In this document: in pieces, positions 50,326-60,481 of the stretch | Layout of the letters: every line of letters begins with the position of its first letter | Numbering within the stretch: position 1 is the first letter of the stretch | DNA from: an uncultured Nitrospiraceae bacterium | Lineage (GTDB): Bacteria > Nitrospirota > Nitrospiria > Nitrospirales > Nitrospiraceae | Assembly: GCA_963706325.1 (NCBI GenBank) | Contig: CAVPLT010000004.1 | Coordinates: 448,001 to 512,000, forward strand | Length of the DNA stretch: 64,000 nucleotides | Reading direction: 5' to 3' | The notes under the pieces: model-generated | Database searches by the model: none | What the model was told of the DNA's origin: nothing | The model's input: only the letters and a program-made list of their open reading frames with translations | Position numbers and translations under genes: made by a program

Positions 50326-51438
50326 ATGACTGAAAAAGATGAGAAAAAGCGCGCATTGGACCTCGCCCTGGCCCAGATCGAAAAACAATACGGCAAAGGG
50401 GCGGTGATGAAGCTCGGGTCCGACGAGCGCCCGGCTGATGTTCCGGCGATCTCCAGCGGCTCCTTAGGCCTGGATATCGCGCTAGGTGTGGGGGGATTTC
50501 CGCGCGGGCGTGTCATGGAGATCTTCGGTCCGGAATCTTCAGGCAAAACGACCCTGACTCTCCATGCAATCGCGGAGGCGCAAAAGGCCGGTGGGGTGGC
50601 GGCCTTCATCGATGCCGAACATGCGCTGGATCTGACCTATGCCAAAAAACTAGGCGTGCAGACAGATGATTTACTGGTCTCACAACCGGATACCGGCGAG
50701 CAGGCCCTCGAAATTGCAGAAACGCTGGTCCGGAGCGGCGCGATCGATGTCATTGTGGTCGATTCCGTGGCGGCTCTGGTGCCGCGAGCGGAAATTGAAG
50801 GCGAAATGGGTGATGCCCACATGGGATTGCAGGCGCGGCTGATGTCTCAGGCGCTGCGCAAGCTGACGGCGGCCATTTCCAAGTCTCAGACGACCCTCAT
50901 TTTCATCAATCAGATCCGAATGAAGATCGGTGTCATGTTCGGCAACCCGGAGACGACGACGGGCGGCAATGCATTGAAATTCTATTCCTCCGTGCGCCTC
51001 GATATCCGCCGAATTGAATCGATTAAGGATGGTCAGGATGTTACCGGTAGTCGAGTCCGGGTCAAGGTGGTCAAGAATAAGATGGCGCCGCCGTTCAAAC
51101 AGGCGGAGTTCGACATCATGTTCGCGGAAGGTATTTCCAAAGCCGGTGAGTTGGTTGACATGGGCGTAGAGAAACGGGTGGTGGAAAAGGCCGGCGCCTG
51201 GTACTCCTATAAGGGTGAGCGATTGGGGCAGGGGCGCGAGGCAGTGCGCGATTTTCTCAAGACCAACCCGGCTATTGCAAAAGAGATCGAACAAAAGGTT
51301 CGCGACCTGGCTGGTCTGCCCGCTCGCGGGGGCGACAAGAAAATCGATGTGAAGGAAGCCAAGGACGAGAAGCTGGAGAGGAAATCGGAGGGTCGGCAGG
51401 AAGAGAAACGCGGCCATGGGGCTCGAGTGACTACCTAG
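50326..51438 (+). CDS. recA: Recombinase A
   Basis: [39 protein letters not shown]. Confidence 0.99.
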   Translation: MTEKDEKKRALDLALAQIEKQYGKGAVMKLGSDERPADVPAISSGSLGLDIALGVGGFPRGRVMEIFGPESSGKTTLTLHAIAEAQKAGGVAAFIDAEHALDLTYAKKLGVQTDDLLVSQPDTGEQALEIAETLVRSGAIDVIVVDSVAALVPRAEIEGEMGDAHMGLQARLMSQALRKLTAAISKSQTTLIFINQIRMKIGVMFGNPETTTGGNALKFYSSVRLDIRRIESIKDGQDVTGSRVRVKVVKNKMAPPFKQAEFDIMFAEGISKAGELVDMGVEKRVVEKAGAWYSYKGERLGQGREAVRDFLKTNPAIAKEIEQKVRDLAGLPARGGDKKIDVKEAKDEKLERKSEGRQEEKRGHGARVTT

Positions 51439-51936
51439 GTGGCGGCAGTGCCGAGAGCAACCTCTACTGGACGGCGTACGGCGGCGGCGTCGCATTATGT
51501 CGATTTGGCGATTCGCTACCTGGCGCGCACCGACCGGACAGCGGCCCAGATCGAGCGGTACGTGCAAGGCAAGGGCGCGAGCCGGGCGAAGGGTCGCCTG
51601 ATTGTCCGTGAGTTGGAGCGGCGGGGCTATCTGAACGATCAAGCCTATGCCACGCGGTGGGCCCAAACGAGACTCTTGCGACGGCCAATGGGGCGTGAGC
51701 GGCTCAAGGCCGAGCTGCTTCTGCGTGGATTCGAGGAAAGCGTAACGGAGCGAGCCTTGCGGAAGGCATACGAATCGATTTCCGAGCAAGAGTTAGCCTG
51801 TCAGGCGCTTGAGGGGCGAGTCCGCCGCACGCGTCCGTTGCAATGGGTGCGATTTTTGCGGCAACGCGGCTTCGATGACGACACGATTCAGCAAGTTACT
51901 CAAGTAGATTTGGAGGCGGGATTGGACGAGTTATGA
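51439..51936 (+). CDS. recX: Regulatory protein RecX
   Basis: GYLND..YA, G..RLKAEL..RG, FLRQRGF; follows recA. Confidence 0.9.
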   Translation: MAAVPRATSTGRRTAAASHYVDLAIRYLARTDRTAAQIERYVQGKGASRAKGRLIVRELERRGYLNDQAYATRWAQTRLLRRPMGRERLKAELLLRGFEESVTERALRKAYESISEQELACQALEGRVRRTRPLQWVRFLRQRGFDDDTIQQVTQVDLEAGLDEL

Positions 51937-54563
51937 GCCAGAACGTGAACGATCTCCGGCGAGGCTTTACACAGTACTTTGAACAGCAGGGACATCGGGT
52001 CGTGCCCAGCGCGCCGTTAATTCCTCAAGCCGATCCGACGCTGCTCTTTACCAATGCGGGTATGAATCAATTCAAGCGCGTGTTTCTGGGCGAGGAGACG
52101 CGAGGGTACAGCCGCGCCGTAACGGTGCAGAAGTGCCTGCGGGCGGGGGGCAAACATAACGATTTGGAAAATGTGGGGTACACGAGGCGGCACCACACCT
52201 TTTTTGAAATGCTCGGCAACTTCTCCTTCGGCGATTATTTCAAGGAGGAGGCCATCCGATTCGGCTGGGAGTTTCTGACCTCGGTGGTCGGCCTTACCAA
52301 AGAGCGGATGTGGATCACTATTTACCGCGAGGATGACGAGGCTGATCGACTGTGGAGAAAGATCGGGGTCTCACCGAGCCGCATAGTCCGCTGTGGCGAG
52401 AAGGACAACTTCTGGCAGATGGCCGACACGGGTCCCTGCGGTCCCTGTTCTGAACTCCATTTTGATCAAGGCCCGGCCGTGCCGGGCGATGCTACTCCCA
52501 ACGGAGAAGGTGACCGGGTTATTGAGATCTGGAATTTGGTTTTCATGCAGTTCAACCGCGACAGGGCGGGCACTCTCAATCCGCTGCCCAAACCGAGCAT
52601 CGATACCGGCATGGGATTGGAGCGGTTGACCGCGGTGGCGCAGGGGAAACTCAGCAACTACGACAGCGATCTCTTTAGGCCGCTCTTGGCCGCGGTCGGG
52701 ACGCGGGCCGGTGCGCAGTACGGTGAGGAGGAGACCGCCGACCGATCCATGCGAGTCATTGCCGACCACTTACGAGCGATCACCTTCCTTATGGCCGACG
52801 GGGTTTTGCCGTCCAATGAAGGTCGCGGCTATGTGCTCCGCCGGATTCTCCGGCGCGCGGCGCGCCATGGCCGCTTGCTCGGAATCACTGAGCCCTTTCT
52901 CCATGGCCTCACCGCGACGGTTGTCGAACAGATGGGCGGGGCCTACCACGAATTGCGAGGGGCCGCCGGCACGGTGGCCGAGGCCACTCGCGGCGAGGAA
53001 GAGCGGTTCATCGCCACGCTCGATCAAGGGCTCCCGATTCTCACCGACATGCTGAGCAAGGTTCGAGCGGCCGGACAACAGACGCTTTCAGGCGCCGACA
53101 TCTTCAAATTGTATGACACCTACGGCTTTCCGATGGATCTGATCGCCGAAGCCGGTCGTGAGCAAGACATCCGTCTCGATGAGACCGGCTTTGAAGCAGC
53201 GATTGAAGATCAACGGACCCGTGCCAGGAGGACAGGAGGCTTCGAGACGGAAACTGCCCGTCCGGTCTTACGCGAGCTCACGGGTCGTGTTGGAACTACG
53301 GCATTCGTCGGTTATGACCAGTTGAATGCCGAAGGGGTTGTGCAGGTGTTGCTCAAGGGCGATCAGCTCGTAAAGGAAGCTCGCGAAGGCGATGAGATCG
53401 AAGTCGTGTTGGACGTCACGCCGTTTTACGCGGAGGGCGGTGGACAAGCCGGGGATCAAGGTCTCTTGACGGGCACGGATGGGAGCGTCGAGATTCGCGA
53501 AACGACGAGGCCGGTACCCACGTTGATTGTTCATCGGGGCGTGGTCCGTTCCGGCTCGGTTCGGGAAGGCGAACGGTTGCAATTGTCGGTCAACCGCCGT
53601 ACCAGGCAGGATGCAGCCCGCAACCATACGGCCACTCATTTGGTCCATGCCGCATTGCGCGATCTACTGGGACCGCACGTCAAACAGTATGGCTCTCTGG
53701 TGGCGCCGAATCGTCTGCGGTTCGATTTTGCCCATTTCCGGCCGCTGGCCTCACGCGACATCGACGACATCGAAGGCATTGTGAATGAACAAGTCCGGTA
53801 TGACCAGACGGTGCGGACGGATGTGATGGGCGTGCAGGAGGCGGTTGCGGACGGAGCCCTTGCCTTCTTCGGCGACAAATACGGTGATCAGGTGCGGGTT
53901 GTCCGTATCGATACCTTCAGCAAGGAATTGTGCGGCGGTACACATTGTGGGCGGACGGGAGAGATCGGCCTGTTTCGCATCGTCTCGGAAGCGGGTGTGG
54001 CCGCCGGCGTTCGCCGAATCGAATGCCTCACCGGCAGCGGCGCATCGGATTCGGTCAAACGCTTGGAAGCGGATGTCAGAGAACTCTCCGATCTCCTGAA
54101 GGTCGCCCCCTCAGAAGTCGTGTCACGTGCGCGGAAATTGACCGAGCAGCTGAAGGATAAGGAACGCGAACTGGCCGAGGTGAAGTTGAAAATGGCGAGT
54201 GCGTCGTCGGGCGATGCGCAGACTCGGGAGATCAACGGTGTGCAGGTCCATGCACAGCGCACGGACGGACTCGATGTCAACGGCATGAGGGCGCTGGCTG
54301 ATCAGTTACGCGACAAACTTCGCAGCGGAGTGGTGGCGCTGGGCGCGGCGAATGACGGCAAGGTGTCGCTTCTCATCGTGGTAACCAAAGATCTGGTGGG
54401 TCGTCTCAAAGCCGGAGAACTTATTAAGGAGATGGCGACCGACGTCGGCGGGACCGGAGGCGGCCGTCCGGAGATGGCGCAGGCCGGCGGAAAAAATCCC
54501 GAAGGGCTCGGCGCCGCGTTGGAAAAAGTATTTGCTCTGGTCCAGAAGGCCTTGGAGCGGTAA
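51933..54563 (+). CDS. alaS: Alanine--tRNA ligase
   Basis: LLFTNAGMNQFK, HHTFFEMLGNFSFGDYFK, NHTATHL, ELCGGTH. Confidence 0.99.
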   Translation: MSQNVNDLRRGFTQYFEQQGHRVVPSAPLIPQADPTLLFTNAGMNQFKRVFLGEETRGYSRAVTVQKCLRAGGKHNDLENVGYTRRHHTFFEMLGNFSFGDYFKEEAIRFGWEFLTSVVGLTKERMWITIYREDDEADRLWRKIGVSPSRIVRCGEKDNFWQMADTGPCGPCSELHFDQGPAVPGDATPNGEGDRVIEIWNLVFMQFNRDRAGTLNPLPKPSIDTGMGLERLTAVAQGKLSNYDSDLFRPLLAAVGTRAGAQYGEEETADRSMRVIADHLRAITFLMADGVLPSNEGRGYVLRRILRRAARHGRLLGITEPFLHGLTATVVEQMGGAYHELRGAAGTVAEATRGEEERFIATLDQGLPILTDMLSKVRAAGQQTLSGADIFKLYDTYGFPMDLIAEAGREQDIRLDETGFEAAIEDQRTRARRTGGFETETARPVLRELTGRVGTTAFVGYDQLNAEGVVQVLLKGDQLVKEAREGDEIEVVLDVTPFYAEGGGQAGDQGLLTGTDGSVEIRETTRPVPTLIVHRGVVRSGSVREGERLQLSVNRRTRQDAARNHTATHLVHAALRDLLGPHVKQYGSLVAPNRLRFDFAHFRPLASRDIDDIEGIVNEQVRYDQTVRTDVMGVQEAVADGALAFFGDKYGDQVRVVRIDTFSKELCGGTHCGRTGEIGLFRIVSEAGVAAGVRRIECLTGSGASDSVKRLEADVRELSDLLKVAPSEVVSRARKLTEQLKDKERELAEVKLKMASASSGDAQTREINGVQVHAQRTDGLDVNGMRALADQLRDKLRSGVVALGAANDGKVSLLIVVTKDLVGRLKAGELIKEMATDVGGTGGGRPEMAQAGGKNPEGLGAALEKVFALVQKALER

Positions 54564-54567
54564 ACTA

Positions 54568-55167
54568 ATGAAAGGCCGACGGATTCTTGCTATCGACCAC
54601 GGGTCCAAACGGATCGGGTTCGCCCTGAGCGACGAGCTGGGGTGGACGGCCCAGCCGCTGGAAACCTTTTATCGCAGGAATCCGGATGCCGACATCCGAC
54701 ATATTCAGGACCTGGTCCGTGAGCATGAGGTGGGCCAGGTTCTCGTGGGCATGCCATTTCGGCTCGATGGTGAGATTGGGCCTGCGGCCAAGGTCGTCCA
54801 GGCATTTATCGAGTTGCTCGAACCGGTTTTGTCGGTCCCGGTGATTACCTGGGACGAGCGAATGACGACCTGTGCGGCAGAGGATTTGCTCATCGCTGCC
54901 GATGTCGGCCGTCAAAAGCGGAAGGGTATTGTCGACCGCATCGCAGCGGCGATTCTATTGCAGAGTTACTTGGCGAGTTTGGAACAGCCGACGGCGACGC
55001 CGGGAGATGCATCGAACGAGTTGGAAGATTCCGATCCCTGGGCTTGGAACGAAGAACCAGTTAATGAAACATCTGAAATCGATCACGGGGCTGATGCTGG
55101 TGGCCGTAATTCTCGCGGGGATCGCAGGGTACCAGGTTCTCCGATGGGCCCAAAGTCCCGTCATTAG
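54568..55167 (+). CDS. ruvX: YqgF/RuvX nuclease with long C-terminal extension
   Basis: AIDHGSKRIG.A.SD, VGMP, DERMTT, VD..AA..LLQSYL. Confidence 0.93.
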   Translation: MKGRRILAIDHGSKRIGFALSDELGWTAQPLETFYRRNPDADIRHIQDLVREHEVGQVLVGMPFRLDGEIGPAAKVVQAFIELLEPVLSVPVITWDERMTTCAAEDLLIAADVGRQKRKGIVDRIAAAILLQSYLASLEQPTATPGDASNELEDSDPWAWNEEPVNETSEIDHGADAGGRNSRGDRRVPGSPMGPKSRH

Positions 55168-56116
55168 CGCGCCGCCTAAACCGCCGTCCAAAATCGTCGT
55201 TGTTCCCGAGGGCAGTACCTACCAACAGGTCGCGAACCTTCTTAAACGTGAGCAGCTGATCCGCAGTGCCTGGGCTTTCTTGCTGCTCGGCAAAACGCGC
55301 GAAATCGATCGAAAGATCCGTCCTGGGGAATATGAGCTTGACGGAAGCATGCCGCCGAAGGAGATTCTTGCCAAGCTGCTGGCCGGCCGAGTTATCCTGC
55401 ACCCTGTCACCATTCCTGAAGGCTACACGCTGGCGCAGATTACCGATGTCCTGTCGGCTCAGAACGTCACGGACACGAATGAATTCTCAAAGTTGGTTCG
55501 CGACCGTGCGTATATCATGACCCTCGGTATTGAAGCCGATTCGCTGGAAGGGTATCTCTTCCCGGAGACCTATTCTTTTGCTCGTGGAACGAAACCGAAG
55601 GACGTCATCAAAACCATGGTGGACGCCCTGCACCATGTGTGGGGGAGCGACCTCCAGGCCCAAGCGGCCAGCATGAACCTGTCTTTGCACCAGGTATTGA
55701 CGCTGGCCTCCGTGATCGAAAAGGAGACCGGGGCCAAGGACGAGCGCGAACTCATTGCGGCGGTCTTTCATAATCGGTTGCGGAAAAAGATCCCGCTGCA
55801 GAGTGACCCCACCGTCATTTATGGATTGTCGGCGTTCGACGGGAACATTCACAAGCGCGATCTCTCCAGCCTCAGTCCGTACAATACCTACCGCGTGCAG
55901 GGTCTTCCGCCGGGACCGATCGGCAGCCCCGGTGCTCACTCGCTTCACGCGGCCTTGTTTCCCGCCCAGACCTCCCACCTGTATTTTGTGTCGCGCAACG
56001 ATGGGACCCATCACTTTTCCTCTACCCTGGCCGAACATAATCAAGCCGTGGAAAAGTATCAAAAACAGCCGTTCCGTAAGCGTGCAAGGGGCAATCTCGT
56101 GGCTCACGGAGCATGA
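55064..56116 (+). CDS. mltG: Endolytic transglycosylase
   Basis: TIPEG, LEGYLFPETY, ASVIEKE, LQSDPT, SPYNTY..GLPPGPI. Confidence 0.96.
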   Translation: MKHLKSITGLMLVAVILAGIAGYQVLRWAQSPVISAPPKPPSKIVVVPEGSTYQQVANLLKREQLIRSAWAFLLLGKTREIDRKIRPGEYELDGSMPPKEILAKLLAGRVILHPVTIPEGYTLAQITDVLSAQNVTDTNEFSKLVRDRAYIMTLGIEADSLEGYLFPETYSFARGTKPKDVIKTMVDALHHVWGSDLQAQAASMNLSLHQVLTLASVIEKETGAKDERELIAAVFHNRLRKKIPLQSDPTVIYGLSAFDGNIHKRDLSSLSPYNTYRVQGLPPGPIGSPGAHSLHAALFPAQTSHLYFVSRNDGTHHFSSTLAEHNQAVEKYQKQPFRKRARGNLVAHGA

Positions 56117-56189
56117 TCGCGTCCTCGCTCTCTCCCTGCGGCCGGTCATTATCCAGTGTTTGACGATCACATGTGAAAGGGACAGTCCT

Positions 56190-56879
56190 ATGGGTGAAAA
56201 ACCCTGGCAAGAGACATTGCCGCAATATCTGGATCATACCGTACTGCGTCCGGAAGCCACGAAGGCCGATGTATTGCGGCTCTGTTCGGAAGCGAAGGAG
56301 CAGGGGTTCGTCGTCATATTTGTTCCTCCCTGTTATGTCGATGAGGCGGTGACGGCCGTTGCAGGGACGGAGGTCCAGGTCGGGATTCCAATCGGGTTTC
56401 CGCTCGGCGGGCACTCGACCCACGCGAAGGTGACCGAAGCCCTTGAGGCAGTGACACATGGCGCCAAGGTGCTGGACATGGTCATCAATATCAGCCGTCT
56501 GAAATCCGGCGACTACGACTTGGTACGGAGTGATATGGCAGCGGTTGTTCAAGCGACGCCGGGCGTGAACCATAAAGTCATTTTGGAGACCTGTCTCTTG
56601 ACGCGCGAAGAAAAAATCACGGCCTGCCGCTTGGCCGTCGAAGCGGGCATGGACTATGTGAAGACCTCGACGGGCTTCAACCAGGCTGGGGCGACAGTGG
56701 AAGACGTGCGGTTGATGAAGGAAGCGGTCGCAGGTCGCGCGAAGGTGAAGGCATCTGGTGGAATCAGAGATTGGAAATCCACGCGCGACTTGTTGGAAGC
56801 AGGCGCAGACCGCATCGGCACCAGCGCCAGCCTCAAAATTCTGAACGAGTGGCGAGCAGCGCGCCTGGTCGGACGCTGA
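56190..56879 (+). CDS. deoC: Deoxyribose-phosphate aldolase
   Basis: DHTVL, GFPLG, KVILET, VKTSTGF, KASGGI, RIGTS. Confidence 0.97.
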   Translation: MGEKPWQETLPQYLDHTVLRPEATKADVLRLCSEAKEQGFVVIFVPPCYVDEAVTAVAGTEVQVGIPIGFPLGGHSTHAKVTEALEAVTHGAKVLDMVINISRLKSGDYDLVRSDMAAVVQATPGVNHKVILETCLLTREEKITACRLAVEAGMDYVKTSTGFNQAGATVEDVRLMKEAVAGRAKVKASGGIRDWKSTRDLLEAGADRIGTSASLKILNEWRAARLVGR

Positions 56880-56935
56880 GCGACTGTACTACGTGAATAT
56901 TTTGCTCGTCCCGGCGGATTTGATATAGTGCGCCC

Positions 56936-58090
56936 ATGATGACTCGAATCGTTCTTCTAGTGCTGGATGGGTTTGGCATCGGTGCTTTGCCCGATGCGGA
57001 GTCCTATGGCGATGGCGGCTGCAACACGCTCCAGCGGTTGGCGGCCATTAACAAAGGATTGGCGCTGCCGAATCTCGAACAGCTCGGACTCGGGCATCTG
57101 GGACAGTTTCAAGGCATTCGACCGATGGTTCAGCCTGAAGGCTGTTTCGGCAGTCTCGGCTTTGCAACGAGGGGAAAGAATTCACTCACCGGACATTGGG
57201 AAATGGCCGGTTACGTGATCGAAACCGACCACGGCCCTTGCGAGACGTTTACCACTGAGCTGACGACGGCGTTGGAAGCCGCGTTGGGCCAGAAGACGCT
57301 AGGCAATTGCAGGGCTGTGAGCCTTGAGCCGATCGCCGAGTTTGGCGGACAGCATCTAAGCTCCGGCGCCCCGATCGCGTGGATCGATACCACGGGCACC
57401 GTTTTTCTGGCGGCGCATGAGCAGGTCATGCCGGTGGATGAACTGTATCGCCTGGCGCGTGAAGCCAGAAAAGTGCTGAAGCAACTCGTGCCCATTGTGC
57501 GCGTCGTGGCCTGTCCCTTCGTCGGTCAGCCGGGCGGATTGACAGTGACGGAGCGACGGCGGGATTTTGCACTCGAACCGCCGGGTCTGACGTTGCTCGA
57601 TCACTTGAGCCGGGCCAGCCAGCTGGTGATCGGGGTCGGGAAGGTCGGCGACTTGTTTAGCGGTCGCGGCGTCACGAGGTCGGTCCCGTTGTTTCAAGCT
57701 GAGGCGGTCATGGATGAAGTCGTCGGGATGTTTAGTAAGGTGCCTCGTGGCTTGATTTACGCCAATTTGCCGATGATCAGCCCGGATCTGAATACCACGG
57801 TGTCGACGTTGCACCAATTCGACCGGCGTCTCCGAGAGCTTCAGGAATGCCTCAAGACGGGTGACGTCTTGATCATTACCGGTGATCATGGCTTTGATTG
57901 CGCCAGGCCGACGCCAGGACATTCGCGTGAGTACGTGCCCTGCCTGGTGACCGGACCTCGCCTCGCGCGTGGGGTGAATTTAGGCACAAGGACGACTGCT
58001 GCAGACCTCGGCCAAACGATTGGAGAGGGATTGGGAGCGACGAGGTTACCATGGGGTGACAGTTTTCTCGATGCGCTGCAGTCGCGTTAG
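56936..58090 (+). CDS. deoB: Phosphopentomutase-like protein with degenerate motifs
   Basis: LVLDGFGIG..PDA..YGD, GHWE, DHG, HSREYVP; follows deoC. Confidence 0.85.
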   Translation: MMTRIVLLVLDGFGIGALPDAESYGDGGCNTLQRLAAINKGLALPNLEQLGLGHLGQFQGIRPMVQPEGCFGSLGFATRGKNSLTGHWEMAGYVIETDHGPCETFTTELTTALEAALGQKTLGNCRAVSLEPIAEFGGQHLSSGAPIAWIDTTGTVFLAAHEQVMPVDELYRLAREARKVLKQLVPIVRVVACPFVGQPGGLTVTERRRDFALEPPGLTLLDHLSRASQLVIGVGKVGDLFSGRGVTRSVPLFQAEAVMDEVVGMFSKVPRGLIYANLPMISPDLNTTVSTLHQFDRRLRELQECLKTGDVLIITGDHGFDCARPTPGHSREYVPCLVTGPRLARGVNLGTRTTAADLGQTIGEGLGATRLPWGDSFLDALQSR

Positions 58091-58113
58091 TTTCGTGAGA
58101 GGAAGGATAGATC

Positions 58114-58578
58114 GTGACAATTGACGCCCAATTGAACACCCTTGGCATCCAGCTGCCGGCTCCTCCAAAACCAGTGGCGAGTTATGTGCCGGCAGTCCTC
58201 GCCGGTGATCTGCTGTATTTGAGCGGCATGTTGCCGTTCCGCGATGGCCAGGTGGTCATCACGGGAAAGCTCGGCGACGACGTCACGGTGGAGCGTGGAG
58301 CCGAAGCAGCCAGATTGGCGCTGCTGAATGCATTGGCGGTGGTGAAGCATGAATTGGGCTCGTTGGATCGTGTGCAACGAATCGTGCGTGTGGTAGGTCA
58401 TGTCGCGTCGGCTGCGGGGTTTGTCCAACAGCCTGCGGTGATCAATGGGGCGTCGGACTTACTGGTGCAAATCTTCGGTGAGAGTGGCCGACATGCCAGG
58501 GTGGCGCTCGGAGCCGCAGAACTGCCGCTGCACGCTTCGATTGAACTCGAATTGTTGGTTCAGGTCAAAAAGTCCTAG
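58114..58578 (+). CDS. RidA/YjgF family protein
   Basis: YVP, LSG.LP, NGASDL, G.HAR.A.G...LP. Confidence 0.9.
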   Translation: MTIDAQLNTLGIQLPAPPKPVASYVPAVLAGDLLYLSGMLPFRDGQVVITGKLGDDVTVERGAEAARLALLNALAVVKHELGSLDRVQRIVRVVGHVASAAGFVQQPAVINGASDLLVQIFGESGRHARVALGAAELPLHASIELELLVQVKKS

Positions 58579-58609
58579 ATGGTGCTTCCGCTGGTACCCT
58601 CCACTTGCC

Positions 58610-58639
58610 TTGACATCAAAAAAATCCGCTTGTTATAGT
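58610..58639 (+). promoter_or_regulatory. Sigma70-type promoter TTGACA-N18-TATAGT with extended -10
   Basis: Consensus-like boxes ~165 nt upstream of the IPT/TIG gene. Confidence 0.65.
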
Positions 58640-58804
58640 CCGTCAGTTCCTTGTCTTGACGCCGCGCCCCCATCCGGCCCTTCTGCCTCAGTTGCGTGGG
58701 GTTTCTGTGCCACGTGCGGGGCGCTTGTCTTCATGTACTCATCAGGCCTTGTTCGCATCTCCTGGCCAGGCTCATTGCAGATTTTTGCTAGGGAGTACGA
58801 CCCC

Positions 58805-60481
58805 ATGAAATCCATTGCTCGTCTGATCGCAGGCTTCGCACTTTTGGCGGCGCCTTACCTGTCTGGAGTCGCCCAAGCGGAGGCGCCGGCGCTCCATCCC
58901 GCTGCCGCAGTTCCGGGAGCGACGCTGTCGATTACAGGAAAGGGCTTCGGCCCTTTTAAATCAACGCGCTACAATCAGGTGACGTTCCAAGGAGCGCCCG
59001 CCCTCGTCCAGCGCTGGGAACCCGACCTCATCGAGGTTCGGGTCCCGTCTCAGGCCACCAATGGTCCCGTCGAAGTCATTGTCGGTAAGAAACACCTGAA
59101 AACCGGCCCGTTTACTCGCTTGCAACCGACGATTCACTCCCTGACGCCGACGGAGGCGGAACCGGGGACGATTCTGGAAATCACCGGCGAACATTTCGGC
59201 AATACCGCCGGACCCCGTGATCCCAACACCATTTTTGGCGTGAACAGCGTCGTGGTGGGCGATGTGACGGTACGTGTCCGCAAATGGCGAAATGACAAAA
59301 TCGAGGTCGAACTGCCGGCGAACGCGCAGACCGGCGAGGTTGTCATTCGAATGGCCTCATCCGATCCGCTCGCCGACGGCTCATGTTGCGCGCCCGTTCA
59401 GCATGTGGTCAGTAATGCGATGCCGGTGAAGGTCCTGGCGGCGGTGCGCGTCGATCCGGTCAGCGGTCCGGTGGGAACCAAGGTTGTGCTTTTCGGGAAG
59501 GGGTTTGGCGTGGGAAGGAACCCGGAAGACGGGATCACGTTTGGCGGTCGTCCCGCAACGGTGTCGCAGTGGAACGATACCGCCATCGTGGTGCATGTGC
59601 CGTTGGATGCGCAGAGCGGTTCCGTCGTCATGAAACGCAACGGCCAAGAGCGCACCGTTGGGACCTATACAGTGCAGATCCCGCGCGCAGGGGGCCTCAC
59701 GCCGGCACAGGCTCCGATCGGAACGTTGCTGAAGATTACGGGGGAAAATTTCGGGTTTTATTCCGAAGCCGGAGCAACCCCTTACAACTTTCTGGATTTT
59801 TCGCTGAGTGAAAACAGGGTCGAGATCGGCGGCGTGCCGGCCATTGTCTATCGGTGGGGTAACGACCGCATTGATGTCTGGGTTCCGTACAGCGCAAAAA
59901 GCGGTCCGGTGGTGGTGAAACGCGCCGCCAATACTCCCAAGCCTGACGGCACGTGCTGCGCTGAGCACAAATTACTGGAGACCGAGGTCGGCCTGTTCAG
60001 CGTGATCACTCCGAAGATTGATTCCTACAATCCGATGTCTGGAGGGCTGGATGACGTTGTCACGATTGTGGGAAGCGGGTTTGGGACGTTTCTGAAGACT
60101 GCCGAGCCCAGCAAGGTGATTACAGACAGCGTCTACGCGAGGACAGCACCGGTGCTTGGTGAGAACGTGTCACGCACCGAGGTCCTGTTCAATGGCGTAG
60201 GGGCGATTGTGCTGTCCTGGACAGACCGTGAGATTAAGGTCCGCATCCCACACCGAAATGTTTACGGTATCGGCAAGGCCGGCGAGTTCAATCCCGATCT
60301 TTCGTCCGGCCCCTTGATGGTTCGTCGCGGATCCTGGGATCTCTTGCCGGACGGATCGTGCTGCACGCCGAAAAAATGGGTGACGCTGGAGGCCGGGACG
60401 TTCACGATTCAATCCACCGGGTTGCCTGATGCGAGTTACTGGCGTAACCCTGGCACTGAGAATACTCATCACCAACAATGA
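58805..60481 (+). CDS. Exported multi-IPT/TIG domain protein
   Basis: Signal peptide; five P..GT...ITG..FG...W....I.V.VP repeats. Confidence 0.85.
   Translation: MKSIARLIAGFALLAAPYLSGVAQAEAPALHPAAAVPGATLSITGKGFGPFKSTRYNQVTFQGAPALVQRWEPDLIEVRVPSQATNGPVEVIVGKKHLKTGPFTRLQPTIHSLTPTEAEPGTILEITGEHFGNTAGPRDPNTIFGVNSVVVGDVTVRVRKWRNDKIEVELPANAQTGEVVIRMASSDPLADGSCCAPVQHVVSNAMPVKVLAAVRVDPVSGPVGTKVVLFGKGFGVGRNPEDGITFGGRPATVSQWNDTAIVVHVPLDAQSGSVVMKRNGQERTVGTYTVQIPRAGGLTPAQAPIGTLLKITGENFGFYSEAGATPYNFLDFSLSENRVEIGGVPAIVYRWGNDRIDVWVPYSAKSGPVVVKRAANTPKPDGTCCAEHKLLETEVGLFSVITPKIDSYNPMSGGLDDVVTIVGSGFGTFLKTAEPSKVITDSVYARTAPVLGENVSRTEVLFNGVGAIVLSWTDREIKVRIPHRNVYGIGKAGEFNPDLSSGPLMVRRGSWDLLPDGSCCTPKKWVTLEAGTFTIQSTGLPDASYWRNPGTENTHHQQ

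Noticed and set aside
50680..51789. 369-aa antisense ORF over recA/recX, and similar shadow ORFs elsewhere
   Set aside because: Reverse-frame shadows of GC-rich genes with no motifs
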